Source of the DNA: a bacterium
Lineage (GTDB): Bacteria > Fidelibacterota > UBA2242
Assembly: GCA_018824205.1 (NCBI GenBank)
Contig: JAHJGX010000253.1
Span: 126 to 64,125 of the forward strand
Reading direction: 5' to 3'
DNA: 64,000 nt
Position numbers and translations under genes: made by a program. Shown here piece after piece: positions 1 through 9,497 of this stretch (positions are counted from its first letter, which is position 1; the number at the start of each line of letters is the position of its first letter). The notes under the pieces were generated by a model. That model worked only from the letters and a program-made list of their open reading frames with translations. It had not been told where the DNA came from and made no database searches.

Positions 1-14
1 TTTCAAACCTGGCC

Positions 15-512
15 GTGCCGGTGATTCTCTTCGTTGTGGTTGTCCTCGGCTTCTTTAAAAAGATAAAAGTCTACGAAACCTTTATCGACGGCGCCAAGGA
101 GGGATTTTCCGTTGCGATAAACATTATTCCCTACCTTGTTGCGATTCTGGTCGCAATTGGCATGTTCCGGGCTTCCGGCGCTATGGGCTTCTTTATTAAA
201 ATCCTGTCGCCCCTGACCAATCTGATCGGTATGCCCGCGGAAACCCTGCCCGTGGCCCTGATGCGTCCGCTGTCGGGTAGTGGATCTCTCGGTATCGTTA
301 CGGAACTGATGACCCAACACGGCCCCGACTCCTTTATCGGTCGGCTGGCGTCCACCATGTTCGGCAGTACGGAAACGACTTTTTATGTGATTGCCGTATA
401 CTTTGGCTCTATTGGTATCCGTAAGTCCCGTCATGCGATTGCATCGGGACTCATCGGCGATATGGCCGGTTTGCTGATGGCGGTTTTTATCTGTCAGATC
501 GTTTTTGGGTAA
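15..512 (+). CDS. spmB: SpmB-like nucleoside-recognition-domain inner membrane protein (spore maturation protein B homolog). The frame is open to the window edge, so the true start may lie just upstream.
   Basis: 165 aa hydrophobic ORF whose N-terminal FIDGAKEGF motif and size match the SpmB/nucleoside-recognition (Gate) family. GTG at 15 is reported as M, and there is no stop between position 3 and 15. Confidence 0.55.
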   Translation: MPVILFVVVVLGFFKKIKVYETFIDGAKEGFSVAINIIPYLVAILVAIGMFRASGAMGFFIKILSPLTNLIGMPAETLPVALMRPLSGSGSLGIVTELMTQHGPDSFIGRLASTMFGSTETTFYVIAVYFGSIGIRKSRHAIASGLIGDMAGLLMAVFICQIVFG

Positions 513-560
513 TAACAATCCGCAAGATGTAAGAAAACCTTCTGCCGACGAAACAAGAAA

Positions 561-720
561 CCATCCTAAATCTGTCTGAATTCCGTTCGCATCAGAAAAC
601 ACCCTTGATGGTTCCGTCATGATGGCGGCGCCATATAGACCGATATAAAAACAACGTTATTGAATAGCACCGATGCAATAATCTGAATATTCCACCAGTT
701 TATCACTGATTATCAGAATA
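561..720. repeat. R160 direct repeat, copy 1. The 160 bp unit is about 97% identical to 1596-1755 and contains the palindromes ATGGCGGCGCCAT and CTGATTATCAG.
   Basis: Direct comparison with 1596-1755 shows only 4 mismatches. Copy 1 ends exactly at the stop of the DUF2442 gene. Confidence 0.9.
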
Positions 721-943
721 TTTTTAAGTGTTTCTCAATAGTGTCAGCAGATAGATCAGCACCACAATCCCACTCTATAAAATATCCACCATTTATAATC
801 TTCTTAAATGCATTTTGATTTTTCAATTCTGTAAAAGCTTCATATTTTAAATATGGACTAACGTCAAAAATCCCTTCCCGTCCATCTTCTGATATGATGT
901 GTAGGGTGCGATCTTTGTTTGGTTTTATTTTTACTATTTTCAT
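713..943 (-). CDS. DUF2442 domain protein, the putative partner of the upstream DUF4160 gene in a TA-like pair
   Basis: 76 aa ORF with the DUF2442 signature (GGYFIEWDCGADLSADTI). It overlaps the upstream gene by ATGA at 940-943 and is AT-rich. Confidence 0.6.
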   Translation of the reverse strand: MKIVKIKPNKDRTLHIISEDGREGIFDVSPYLKYEAFTELKNQNAFKKIINGGYFIEWDCGADLSADTIEKHLKIF

Positions 944-1212
944 TGATCAAGTCCTTTAATTTTGAAAGGAGTTTTACCATTTACTGCAAGGTTCCAATCA
1001 GCCAGTAAATCTTCCTGATGAATTTCAATCCAGGCTACTACTAATTTTTGTTTCCTCGGAGATATTTTACCTGCAAGCAATTCACCATCAGGAATAGAAA
1101 AGACTGCCACTTCCTCCTGATATTCAGCGTGAATATGTGGAAGATTATGTTTTTCGATATCTCGAAAAAACATCCGAATTAAAATTCCATAAAACATTGA
1201 AATAGTTGGCAT
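940..1212 (-). CDS. DUF4160 domain protein, the first gene of a DUF4160/DUF2442 two-gene module
   Basis: 90 aa ORF with the DUF4160 hallmark (GILIRMFFRDIEKHNLPHIHAEY). An AGGAG SD precedes the ATG at 1212. Confidence 0.6.
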   Translation of the reverse strand: MPTISMFYGILIRMFFRDIEKHNLPHIHAEYQEEVAVFSIPDGELLAGKISPRKQKLVVAWIEIHQEDLLADWNLAVNGKTPFKIKGLDQ

Positions 1213-1370
1213 TTAAATCTCCTTGAAATTATTATCGATTCATTCATAAACCGTTTAAAATTAAATTTAATCTTAAAGCAATCAACTTTTTTTATTCTTT
1301 TATATGCTTTCTGTTTCACCTTTTTTTTCTGAATGAATTATTTTACTGCAAGATTTTCTCAATATAACGA

Positions 1371-1452
1371 TATAGTGAGTGGATTGATTCCATGTAACAT
1401 CCTCGCTATTTCAACGCTTACAAATTAAAAGATATTTCAAATTAAAACAAAT
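1371..1452. repeat. R82 direct repeat, copy 1; its second copy is at 3637-3720
   Basis: About 82 bp are near-identical between the two copies, with one A/G difference (TAT AG(A)GTGAGTGGATTGATTCCATGTAACATCCTCGCTATTTCAACGCTTACAAATTAAA[A/G]GATATTTCAAATTAAAACAAAT). Both copies lie upstream, in the minus-strand sense, of an AT-rich cargo gene. Confidence 0.9.
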
Positions 1453-1573
1453 AATGTTTTTATTTTCAAATAATATCAAGATTTTCGATTATCCTTCTTT
1501 TGCCGCATCCTTAAGGGAAGATAACCGTTGTTTTTTCTTTACATTTTTACAAGAATTTGAGAATTAAGAGACT

Positions 1574-1593
1574 AAAATAAAACTATTTGGTCA
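1574..1593. repeat. 20-mer AAAATAAAACTATTTGGTCA, identical to 8611-8630. The two copies bracket the 7 kb block from R160 copy 2 to the end of res.
   Basis: Exact 20/20 match read directly at both places. Confidence 0.85.
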
Positions 1594-1595
1594 AG

Positions 1596-1755
1596 CCATC
1601 CTAAATCTGTCTGAATTCCGTTCGTGTCAGAAAACACCCTTGATGGTTCCGTCATGATGGCGGCGCCATATAGACCGATATAAAAACAACGTTATTGAAT
1701 AGCACCGATGCAATAAACTGAATATTCCACCTGTTTATCACTGATTATCAGAATA
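1596..1755. repeat. R160 direct repeat, copy 2
   Basis: See 561-720. Confidence 0.9.
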
Positions 1756-1963
1756 ATTCAAAGCCGTGCAAATTCCAGTTAGGGGGCTTAGTTTCCCATC
1801 GGGACTCCGCTGATAGGAGCAACCCCTGCTTGTTCCAATGGAACTCCTCTGGAGCACTCTGACGCCGAATTAAAGATTTTCGGCCATCGTTATTTTATTT
1901 ATATGGCGTCAGGTGCGAAGCAGATTCGTTAGGTATAGTATGAATTAGCTAAAACAAGTTATT

Positions 1964-2761
1964 TCATAATGAATTATCTTGACTTGCAATAATAAGAACA
2001 CCATGCAAAAATATTTCCGTAGAATTGTGAATTTCATATCGATATATGCCTGGATTAACATATTCTCCTAAATAACTCTTAACATCCCATCGCTCCATAC
2101 TATCATTAAACTGAGAAGTGTGTAAAAGAGAATTAATAAATTCACCCTGTGAATTATAGATTACAATTGCACATGTATCTGGAAGATGAGAGAAGACTAT
2201 TATTTTATCTCCACGAGAGGCTTCTATAGTACTTGAGCCAAAATAAGGGTTTGGAAAAACATTAGGTGAAGTACCTACATTTGTTGTATCTAAAAAAAAG
2301 TTTAGATTTAAGTCCTTGAATAAATATCTATCGTAGATATCCATGATTCCTGATTCAATATGAAGTCTATTACTGTTTTTTAATTGAAAAATAGAATCAA
2401 TTCCATCTTGATAGCATACTTCTGTTTCTTTTATTATTGCTACTGTTTTATTCCTCTCATCGTACCAGATCGTTTGTTCTTCGTCATTAAATAGGAACAT
2501 TTTTGATAATTCAATTTTCTTTACTTCCAGTTCAACAATTTCGTCATACACCATTAAAGATTCATAAATAGAATCAGCTTCTAAACTAAGAATATTTAGA
2601 GAATCAGAAAAAGTAATAATTATTCCAGAATTTTCAGGTACTATTTCTTTATTAGCAATTGAGAATGTTAATGTAAGAAATTCTTTGTTTTCTAAAATAA
2701 TGTTGTCTTCACATGAAAATATGATGAGAATAATAAATAAAACACTGGATTTTTTTAACAT
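1964..2761 (-). CDS. AT-rich secreted lipoprotein with a T9SS CTD-like C-terminal domain
   Basis: Signal peptide with a lipobox (LIIFSC). The C-terminus NVFPNPYFGSSTIEASRGDKIIVFSHLP...VIYNSQGEF...GIYRYEI resembles the Por-secretion sorting domain. GC is very low relative to the flanks. Confidence 0.5.
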   Translation of the reverse strand: MLKKSSVLFIILIIFSCEDNIILENKEFLTLTFSIANKEIVPENSGIIITFSDSLNILSLEADSIYESLMVYDEIVELEVKKIELSKMFLFNDEEQTIWYDERNKTVAIIKETEVCYQDGIDSIFQLKNSNRLHIESGIMDIYDRYLFKDLNLNFFLDTTNVGTSPNVFPNPYFGSSTIEASRGDKIIVFSHLPDTCAIVIYNSQGEFINSLLHTSQFNDSMERWDVKSYLGEYVNPGIYRYEIHNSTEIFLHGVLIIASQDNSL

Positions 2762-2923
2762 ATATTACCCTTCTATTTCCGTATTATACCTAACGGTCAA
2801 GGTATGAGATACGGCGATTCACGAAGCGATTCGCTTTTGTTTTCCGACAATCTTCTGAAAAATCGGCAAACTTCAAATTCTTCGGACAGCTCAAGCCGTT
2901 ATCTCCATACCATAGATTTGTTA

Positions 2924-3616
2924 TTATAGTGATTCAACGATTTTATAATAATGGTCTTTTAGTAAATCAATAATTAAATATTCAAAAAATTCTGATAAAA
3001 ATACAGATTCTGTATAAACTTGGTTTTTGAATTCGTTAAACATAAAATTTTTGGTACTCGTAGAACCTAAATCATCAAGGTGCGATAGTGCTATGTCATA
3101 GGGTAAACAAAAAAAAGTATCTATAATTCTTTCTGAGGTACTTATCAAGATATAGTTTTCCTCTTCCTTTAAATTAGTATTATCGATATACTTTTTTACA
3201 ATATCTTCATCAAAATGGAATGATAATTTATTCCTAATTTCTTTTAATATCTTACAGAAATTATCAGGATTTTGATAATCATATTTATTTTTTAGATCAA
3301 TATATTTTTTAGAATTAACCTTTGATAATATTTTTTGAGGTATCTTTTTTTCAATATCTTTTTTGTATGTTTTTATAACTTCATATAAGGTTGATGATAA
3401 TAGGATTAATAAATCTACTGTATTTTTTGTATGGATTAATTTATCTGAAGATTCTTGTTGTAAATTATCTTCATAGATTCGCTTTAAGATAATTCTTAGT
3501 GCATTAATAAGTCTTGATATTTGTATTGATAATAAAAATTCACTTCTCTTAAACTTTAAAAGTTTATCATAATCTTTCACTTTGAGTTTAATATATGTCT
3601 TATCCATAAGAAACAT
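2924..3616 (-). CDS. Hypothetical K-rich alpha-helical protein with a possible HEPN-like Rx5H motif (EIRNKLSFHFDED)
   Basis: 230 aa ORF with very low GC and no signal peptide. An R-N-x4-H motif sits in the C-terminal half. It lies immediately downstream of mod and is separated from it by R82 copy 2. Confidence 0.35.
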   Translation of the reverse strand: MFLMDKTYIKLKVKDYDKLLKFKRSEFLLSIQISRLINALRIILKRIYEDNLQQESSDKLIHTKNTVDLLILLSSTLYEVIKTYKKDIEKKIPQKILSKVNSKKYIDLKNKYDYQNPDNFCKILKEIRNKLSFHFDEDIVKKYIDNTNLKEEENYILISTSERIIDTFFCLPYDIALSHLDDLGSTSTKNFMFNEFKNQVYTESVFLSEFFEYLIIDLLKDHYYKIVESL

Positions 3617-3636
3617 CTGTTTTAGTAAAATCTAGC

Positions 3637-3720
3637 TATAGAGTGAGTGGATTGATTCCATGTAACATCCTCGCTATTTCAACGCTTACAAATTAAAGGA
3701 TATTTCAAATTAAAACAAAT
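3637..3720. repeat. R82 direct repeat, copy 2
   Basis: See 1371-1452. It lies between the mod stop (3728) and the start of the hypothetical gene (3616). Confidence 0.9.
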
Positions 3721-3727
3721 TTGGATT

Positions 3728-5680
3728 TTACTTCAGAATTATAAGAGTCTCATCGCCTGAAATATTTCTGATCTTCATCCGCAACGGCTTTTTTTTATCA
3801 CTTAGGATTTTTCCATCCCAGAATTCTTTAGTTTTATTACCATCGACTATCAGATAACCGTTTTTATCAATCTTTAATTCCGTATCGCTCTTCCAGATAC
3901 CTTCTTTATTTGTGCAGTCCAGACTGATAAGTTCAATGAGTTCCAGACCTTCTTCGCTGATCTCAATAGGAGTATATTTTTTCCCGCTTTCTAATCGCTG
4001 TAATCGTCCCTTTTCGTTGAACTCATGAATCTTCTGGTTCAGGCGATCGCTGATAAACCGGGTGATTTCGATTTCGTACCTGGCATCTTTTTCTTCGATT
4101 CTATATTCAACAATATCATCCACCACAATATCGTGCAGTAAATTCTTTAAATCCTTCAGTTCAACTTCTATGGCAGTCGGATTATTATCCCTGATAAATT
4201 TCTCTATCTCCTTATAATCGTCGACATCCACATAATAGATAATCACTTTCTTGACGTCGATCTCAAGGATTTGCAATTCCTGGTTGATAATCTTATTGAT
4301 CAAAGGTTTATCCAGCACTTTTTCCGTATTATCTATCAGGTTCGGCACATATACCGGAATTGTACCAACTTTCGTGTCTTGAATAACTCCGAACCAGAAT
4401 TTCCCAACGCCCTCGATGTTCTTCTGCAATCCCGGAATCAGCTTTGCCAGTTTGTCCATGGTCTGGGCCGGGTTACGAAAAAGACTAATACCGTCTTTAA
4501 TCTCCACTATCTTAAACTCTGCTCCCGCCTCGATCAGTCGATCACGGGTCGTTTGTATGGAATTGATGCCAACGTCCACATGAATAAATTTCCGACCAAG
4601 ATCATGGGCTACTTTCGCTGTGACTCCACTGCCTCCAAAGAAATCTGCTACTATCATATTTCTATTACTACTTGCTCTAATGATGCGTTTCAATAATTCA
4701 GCTGGTTTTTGTGTTGTGTAACCAACATTTTCGTCTTCCTTAAATGCATATGTACCAATCCCAAAATCGTTATTGAATAATTCAGCAACATTATCCTTAC
4801 CTATCCAAGTATCCCACACAGGTTGCGGCTTTTTTAATCTCGCTTCTTCTATTGCTTCTTCTTTTGCTAAAGAGGAATTATTTGAAATATATGTTTTTAG
4901 AAAATTCTTGCCTCCTCGACTACTTTCTTGTCTTCTTGTGTAATACCATCCTTTAGAATCACGTTGAAGTGAATTCCTAACATAATCTCCATATCCTCTC
5001 CTAGCCGGGAACTCGAAATACGCATCCTTATGTTTATAAAATAAAATTGTTTCATGTGATTTAGGATATAACGCTCCAGCCCCCATAAGGCCACAGACCC
5101 AAATAATTTCCGAAAAATCATATCCTGGAAAAACTTCATCAAGTAAGACTTTTACATAATGAACAATATTCCAATCCAGATGGACGTATATACTGGCATT
5201 ATCACTCATCACGGATTTGATTGCCATCAGGTTTTCATACATCCAGTTCAGGTAATCTTCCTTTTTCCAGATGTCGCCGTACATTTTCTCTTCAAATGCC
5301 TTTAGTTCTTCTATTTCCAGTTCCTGCTTGGCTTCTTTGATCTTTTCGGCCAGTTTCGGATTACGACGGATATAGACTTTCCTGGCGTAATCGGCGCCGC
5401 TGGCAAAAGGCGGATCGATATAGACCAGGTCGACTTTTATATTCTGCTCTTTCAGGTAGGCGCAGGCAGAGACACACTCGCCCCGGATGATGAGATTCTC
5501 CGGATTGTCACCACGGGTCTCGACCGTCTCCAATTCATAATAAGGCATCCCGCGCTGAATTTTGGAAAACACTTTATCATTTTCCCGGTATTGCAGCAGG
5601 CGACGGGTGCGGGTAATATTATTCAGGACCGCCTGTCCTGCAACGGTATTGGGTTCGTAGGGGATATATTTTACCGGCAT
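3728..5680 (-). CDS. mod: Type III restriction-modification Mod subunit (beta-class N6-adenine DNA methyltransferase)
   Basis: DPPF motif IV ([13 protein letters not shown]) precedes the FxGxG motif I ([12 protein letters not shown]), which is the beta-class order. It is 650 aa and lies 3 bp from res. Confidence 0.85.
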   Translation of the reverse strand: MPVKYIPYEPNTVAGQAVLNNITRTRRLLQYRENDKVFSKIQRGMPYYELETVETRGDNPENLIIRGECVSACAYLKEQNIKVDLVYIDPPFASGADYARKVYIRRNPKLAEKIKEAKQELEIEELKAFEEKMYGDIWKKEDYLNWMYENLMAIKSVMSDNASIYVHLDWNIVHYVKVLLDEVFPGYDFSEIIWVCGLMGAGALYPKSHETILFYKHKDAYFEFPARRGYGDYVRNSLQRDSKGWYYTRRQESSRGGKNFLKTYISNNSSLAKEEAIEEARLKKPQPVWDTWIGKDNVAELFNNDFGIGTYAFKEDENVGYTTQKPAELLKRIIRASSNRNMIVADFFGGSGVTAKVAHDLGRKFIHVDVGINSIQTTRDRLIEAGAEFKIVEIKDGISLFRNPAQTMDKLAKLIPGLQKNIEGVGKFWFGVIQDTKVGTIPVYVPNLIDNTEKVLDKPLINKIINQELQILEIDVKKVIIYYVDVDDYKEIEKFIRDNNPTAIEVELKDLKNLLHDIVVDDIVEYRIEEKDARYEIEITRFISDRLNQKIHEFNEKGRLQRLESGKKYTPIEISEEGLELIELISLDCTNKEGIWKSDTELKIDKNGYLIVDGNKTKEFWDGKILSDKKKPLRMKIRNISGDETLIILK

Positions 5681-5683
5681 ATT

Positions 5684-8584
5684 CTAATCCTTTAAAAACG
5701 TATTTATTTTTATATTGACCTTTGCAAGGTTTACATTCAACTCATCCGAATCCGGCAGGTACAAGAAATCAAATTTCTGATAGCCGAATTTTGCTTTGTT
5801 CTGTTTAAGGAAGCTGGTTTCAACGAATTTCTTTTTTCCGACAAAATCAGGTTTATGGGCAAACCCCTCGCCCTTGGTTTCAATGATAAGGGCTTTGTAA
5901 ATCTCTTTACCCTTGCGTTTAATAATCAGAAAATCGGGTGTGTATTCACCGCAATTATTCCAGGAATTCCGCTCTTTGATAAAACAGTTAATTTTAAAAC
6001 CCGTAAGGTTGCGGGCGCCGTTATAATAAACTTCAAGCTTATTTTCGATGAAGTCCTTCAGTGTCAGTATTTTCTCAAGAATATCTTTTTCAAATCCGCT
6101 CTGATGAAAGTCGTATGGAATATAATGAAACGTCCTGTCTTTATTCAAAACAGCCGGGGAAGGCACGGTATGATTTTTAAACTGTTCAAAAGGCATGACC
6201 ATATTACCCAAACCGGATTGAATCAACCCATTCTTATATGCTTCGTATGAAAATTTTAATTTATCATCGTCAATGCTAACGGGCTGTTTGCTCTTATCTA
6301 AATCAAGTATCTTATTCGTATCGTCTTTATCAGGATACAATTTGTCGTTTTTTTCAACATCAAGGAGTTTATCAATAATCAGCAGTTTTGCTTTTTCGGG
6401 GATGACTTCGCTTGTTGTCTGTAGCTCCCGTTTAATACTGAATGCCAGTCTGATCTGAGAATTAACCTGGTAAACATCATAAAGATCATTAAAAAATACC
6501 TGGTTGTCTTTCCGGTAAGTTATTGTTTCAAAAATACTGTTTAATATTTTACGATGCTTGTCTAAATCCGATAAAATAATCTGATGAAAACTCTCTTTGG
6601 AAATATCGAACAACCAATGATTAAAATTAGCAGTTTGCTGACCGGTCTCTCGGATGAATTCGCGGGTTGCCTGGTCGAGATTTTCGATCTCTCCGGTTCT
6701 GATCAGCGCTGTTATTCTATATTTATCGATATTATCCAGCAATTTCTTCAATTTTTTTACCGTATTCGGATTATCTTCCTGATCGATGAAAGTATAATTC
6801 ACCTTCAGCTGGCAGAATTCAATTTCCGGCAGTTGCAGATGTTCCATGCGTGAATGTCTAACTACCATTTCAAGTGCAGGATTTTTTCCCAGACTATTGA
6901 TCTCATCAATACTGGTATCCTGCTCTTTTTTCAGCTGACTGTTCAGCGTTTTTGCATTGAATTCATTCAGCCAGATGACTGCTGTTTCCTCTTTATCTTT
7001 TTCTACCTGACGCAAACAGCGGCAACTGGTTTGGAGAACCATATTTTTCGGGCAATCGCCCTTTTGGGAGAGAATGACTCCGGTCAGACTGCGACAGTCC
7101 CAGCCCTCTTTACCAATCTGAGCCAGCAAAATATAGCGTATGGTCTTTGATGCTTCCATTCCCGGAATATCGAGCGAGTTAAATAACAGTTTATTCTCTT
7201 TCGGGATTTTATGATTTTTATTACCGTCATGATTTTTCAGTATTTCTTCCGGACTAATATTTAGTGTACTTGTTAAAAACGGATGTACCTCCTCTTCCAG
7301 AGGATCAATATTGCCACAATAGATAGCAAGTTTCGCAATAGCGCCGTTTTCATATACTTTATCACCATATATTTCCTGAAAATCTCTGACGCCTTTCTCT
7401 ATTATTTGAAGTTTATTCAGATTCTCGGCAATTTTCACTTTGGGAACTTTTAAAAAGGATTTGATCGCCGATACAAGCGGATAATAATAGACCGTATTGG
7501 TTATTTGAGAAAACTGGATAAACTCATTTTCTGCAATTTGGATTTTATCAGAACTTTCCAAATAAGGCGTCCCGGAAAATCCAAGCACAGTCGTAATATT
7601 GCCGGTCTGATTCCATTTATTTACGACTTGACGCAATTTTATATCGCTGTCCGTGGCATGATGAACCTCATCAATAAAGATAGAAAGGTTTGGGATTTTA
7701 CTAATCGCATTTCTTAATTCATTGGCGTATTCGTCTTTTTCATCTTCGGTTTTTTCAAATAAGTGCTGTTGATCATCCAGATATACCCGGTTCAATATCA
7801 CTTTCTCGGCGTTTACGACAAATACCCGACCAAATGGATCATGCAGACAGGAACTGACTTTTTGAGCATTAGGATTTTCCGCTTTGGTACTTCTCTTCGC
7901 GGATTTCGGTTGATCCAGGACTTCAAATTTGATCAATCGTTTGATGTTGCTCGCCGCCGGTTCCGGAAGCACCCAGGTCGGGTCGAAGTTAGCAATATTT
8001 CTGAGACTCGGCCCGATCGATGATTTTAAACCGGATGGAATCAGTACCAGAAAATTATGTGCAAAGTGCTTGTTTTCAGGTTCATTTTGAGCATAGTACA
8101 GATTCAGATAAATAATCGCCGCCATCAGGAAGGTCTTGCCCGCTCCCATCGGCAGACTCATCAGGTAATCCGGATAATCAATATCATAAAAAATGCTTTT
8201 TATGATCTTATCATAATCCAATTTGTCCGGATTATTGATAATCAGTTTTGCCAGATTTGGCAATATTTCCTTCCCGTTATTTTTTTGTAGTGAAAAGTCA
8301 TATAACGCATGGGCGTTTCTATGGTTTTTCAGATAATCTCTGGCTGTTTCGTTGATATTCAGTTTTGATAAATCGGAACCATTGGTAAAAAAACCTTCGG
8401 AAAACAGTTTCCAGAGCGGTTTATTTTCACCTTTAATTTTTAGAAACAAATAAGTTTCAATGGCTTCAATCTGGGTGTCGCGCAGTTCACCTTTGTTGCG
8501 TATATATTTTATGATTTCTTTTATGGTACAATCTTCTGATTGCAGCCATAGATTCGTTTTGGATTTTATAATCTGATTCAGCAC
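5684..8584 (-). CDS. res: Type III restriction endonuclease Res subunit (SF2 helicase plus C-terminal PD-(D/E)xK nuclease)
   Basis: Walker A MGAGKT, the DEAH-box variant IDEVHH, a TPDF...ETKG nuclease motif at the C-terminus, and a length of 966 aa. Confidence 0.85.
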   Translation of the reverse strand: MLNQIIKSKTNLWLQSEDCTIKEIIKYIRNKGELRDTQIEAIETYLFLKIKGENKPLWKLFSEGFFTNGSDLSKLNINETARDYLKNHRNAHALYDFSLQKNNGKEILPNLAKLIINNPDKLDYDKIIKSIFYDIDYPDYLMSLPMGAGKTFLMAAIIYLNLYYAQNEPENKHFAHNFLVLIPSGLKSSIGPSLRNIANFDPTWVLPEPAASNIKRLIKFEVLDQPKSAKRSTKAENPNAQKVSSCLHDPFGRVFVVNAEKVILNRVYLDDQQHLFEKTEDEKDEYANELRNAISKIPNLSIFIDEVHHATDSDIKLRQVVNKWNQTGNITTVLGFSGTPYLESSDKIQIAENEFIQFSQITNTVYYYPLVSAIKSFLKVPKVKIAENLNKLQIIEKGVRDFQEIYGDKVYENGAIAKLAIYCGNIDPLEEEVHPFLTSTLNISPEEILKNHDGNKNHKIPKENKLLFNSLDIPGMEASKTIRYILLAQIGKEGWDCRSLTGVILSQKGDCPKNMVLQTSCRCLRQVEKDKEETAVIWLNEFNAKTLNSQLKKEQDTSIDEINSLGKNPALEMVVRHSRMEHLQLPEIEFCQLKVNYTFIDQEDNPNTVKKLKKLLDNIDKYRITALIRTGEIENLDQATREFIRETGQQTANFNHWLFDISKESFHQIILSDLDKHRKILNSIFETITYRKDNQVFFNDLYDVYQVNSQIRLAFSIKRELQTTSEVIPEKAKLLIIDKLLDVEKNDKLYPDKDDTNKILDLDKSKQPVSIDDDKLKFSYEAYKNGLIQSGLGNMVMPFEQFKNHTVPSPAVLNKDRTFHYIPYDFHQSGFEKDILEKILTLKDFIENKLEVYYNGARNLTGFKINCFIKERNSWNNCGEYTPDFLIIKRKGKEIYKALIIETKGEGFAHKPDFVGKKKFVETSFLKQNKAKFGYQKFDFLYLPDSDELNVNLAKVNIKINTFLKD

Positions 8585-8610
8585 GCTTTAATTTATCCTT
8601 AAATAACCAA

Positions 8611-8630
8611 AAAATAAAACTATTTGGTCA
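8611..8630. repeat. 20-mer AAAATAAAACTATTTGGTCA, copy 2, which marks the island boundary
   Basis: Exact match to 1574-1593. Confidence 0.85.
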
Positions 8631-8675
8631 TGTTCCAGAGTGCAACCCCGGAACAAAGTGGAAGGCGACAATAAT

Positions 8676-9497
8676 TTATTCGGATTCAGTCTCGTGTGGA
8701 TTCGGACTGTCCAGTTTCTTCGGGTCTTTCAGACGTGAAATAAGTCCCTGGTTCAGGACGCCCGCCTGGGCGCCGTCTACAATGCGATGATCAAAGGTGC
8801 CGGTCAGCGGCAGCATCTTGCGGATTTTAATTTCCCCGTTAATAACCACCGGTTTATCCTCGATCTTACCCATCGTAATTACCGCTGGAATCTTCCCAAT
8901 CGGAAAGAGCGCCACCATTCCATATGACAGACCGAAAGAGCCTATATTCGTGACCATAATACTGCCGAAGGGATCGGCCGGTATTTTCAGGAACGGAAAA
9001 GCAAATCCCAGATCGAAAATCCAGAACTTGATCAGGACAAACAGCATTCTCCGAAAAGGCCAGGGAATTTTCGACAGAATTCCCTTTGAAGCGAAAGCCC
9101 CGGATTCTTCACCACTGCGTTTCTGTTCGGCTTTTTTCCGGATAATCTCCGAGATTTCTCCCACGCCCAAATCTTGTGCATTGCGCACGATCAAACCGGT
9201 CATATCCTTGCCCTTGATGGAAACCGTGACAAATACATCGGCGTTGTCACGAAAGACCACATGTCCCCGGCGGACAAAACAGTTGACGTCGGGTGCATCT
9301 TCATAAAGAGTTCTGGCGACAGCCGCTGTAACAAAGTGGGTAATCGTCAGTCGGCGCCCTTTTTTACGTTCCTTTTCGATATAGTCCACAATATCCGTCA
9401 CGTCGGCGTCAAAGATACCGTAGATCCGGCTGTCCACCGGTTGTTTATACACGGCAATTGCGAGTTTCCGCCAGGCTGTTGTATATCGCTCTTCCAA
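8676..9497 (-). CDS. Stand-alone 2-oxoacid dehydrogenase acyltransferase (E2) catalytic-domain protein with no lipoyl domain
   Basis: A DHRIVDG active-site motif near the C-terminus, a length of 273 aa, and no lipoyl or E3-binding region. Confidence 0.6.
   Translation of the reverse strand: MEERYTTAWRKLAIAVYKQPVDSRIYGIFDADVTDIVDYIEKERKKGRRLTITHFVTAAVARTLYEDAPDVNCFVRRGHVVFRDNADVFVTVSIKGKDMTGLIVRNAQDLGVGEISEIIRKKAEQKRSGEESGAFASKGILSKIPWPFRRMLFVLIKFWIFDLGFAFPFLKIPADPFGSIMVTNIGSFGLSYGMVALFPIGKIPAVITMGKIEDKPVVINGEIKIRKMLPLTGTFDHRIVDGAQAGVLNQGLISRLKDPKKLDSPNPHETESE

Noticed and set aside
3-620. 205 aa minus-strand ORF antisense to spmB that starts inside R160
   Set aside because: It lies entirely antisense to a well-supported membrane-protein gene, its composition is unlike a protein's, and its start lies in a repeat. 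It is treated as spurious.
4271-4696. Plus-strand 141 aa ORF inside mod
   Set aside because: Antisense shadow ORF within a motif-supported methyltransferase gene.
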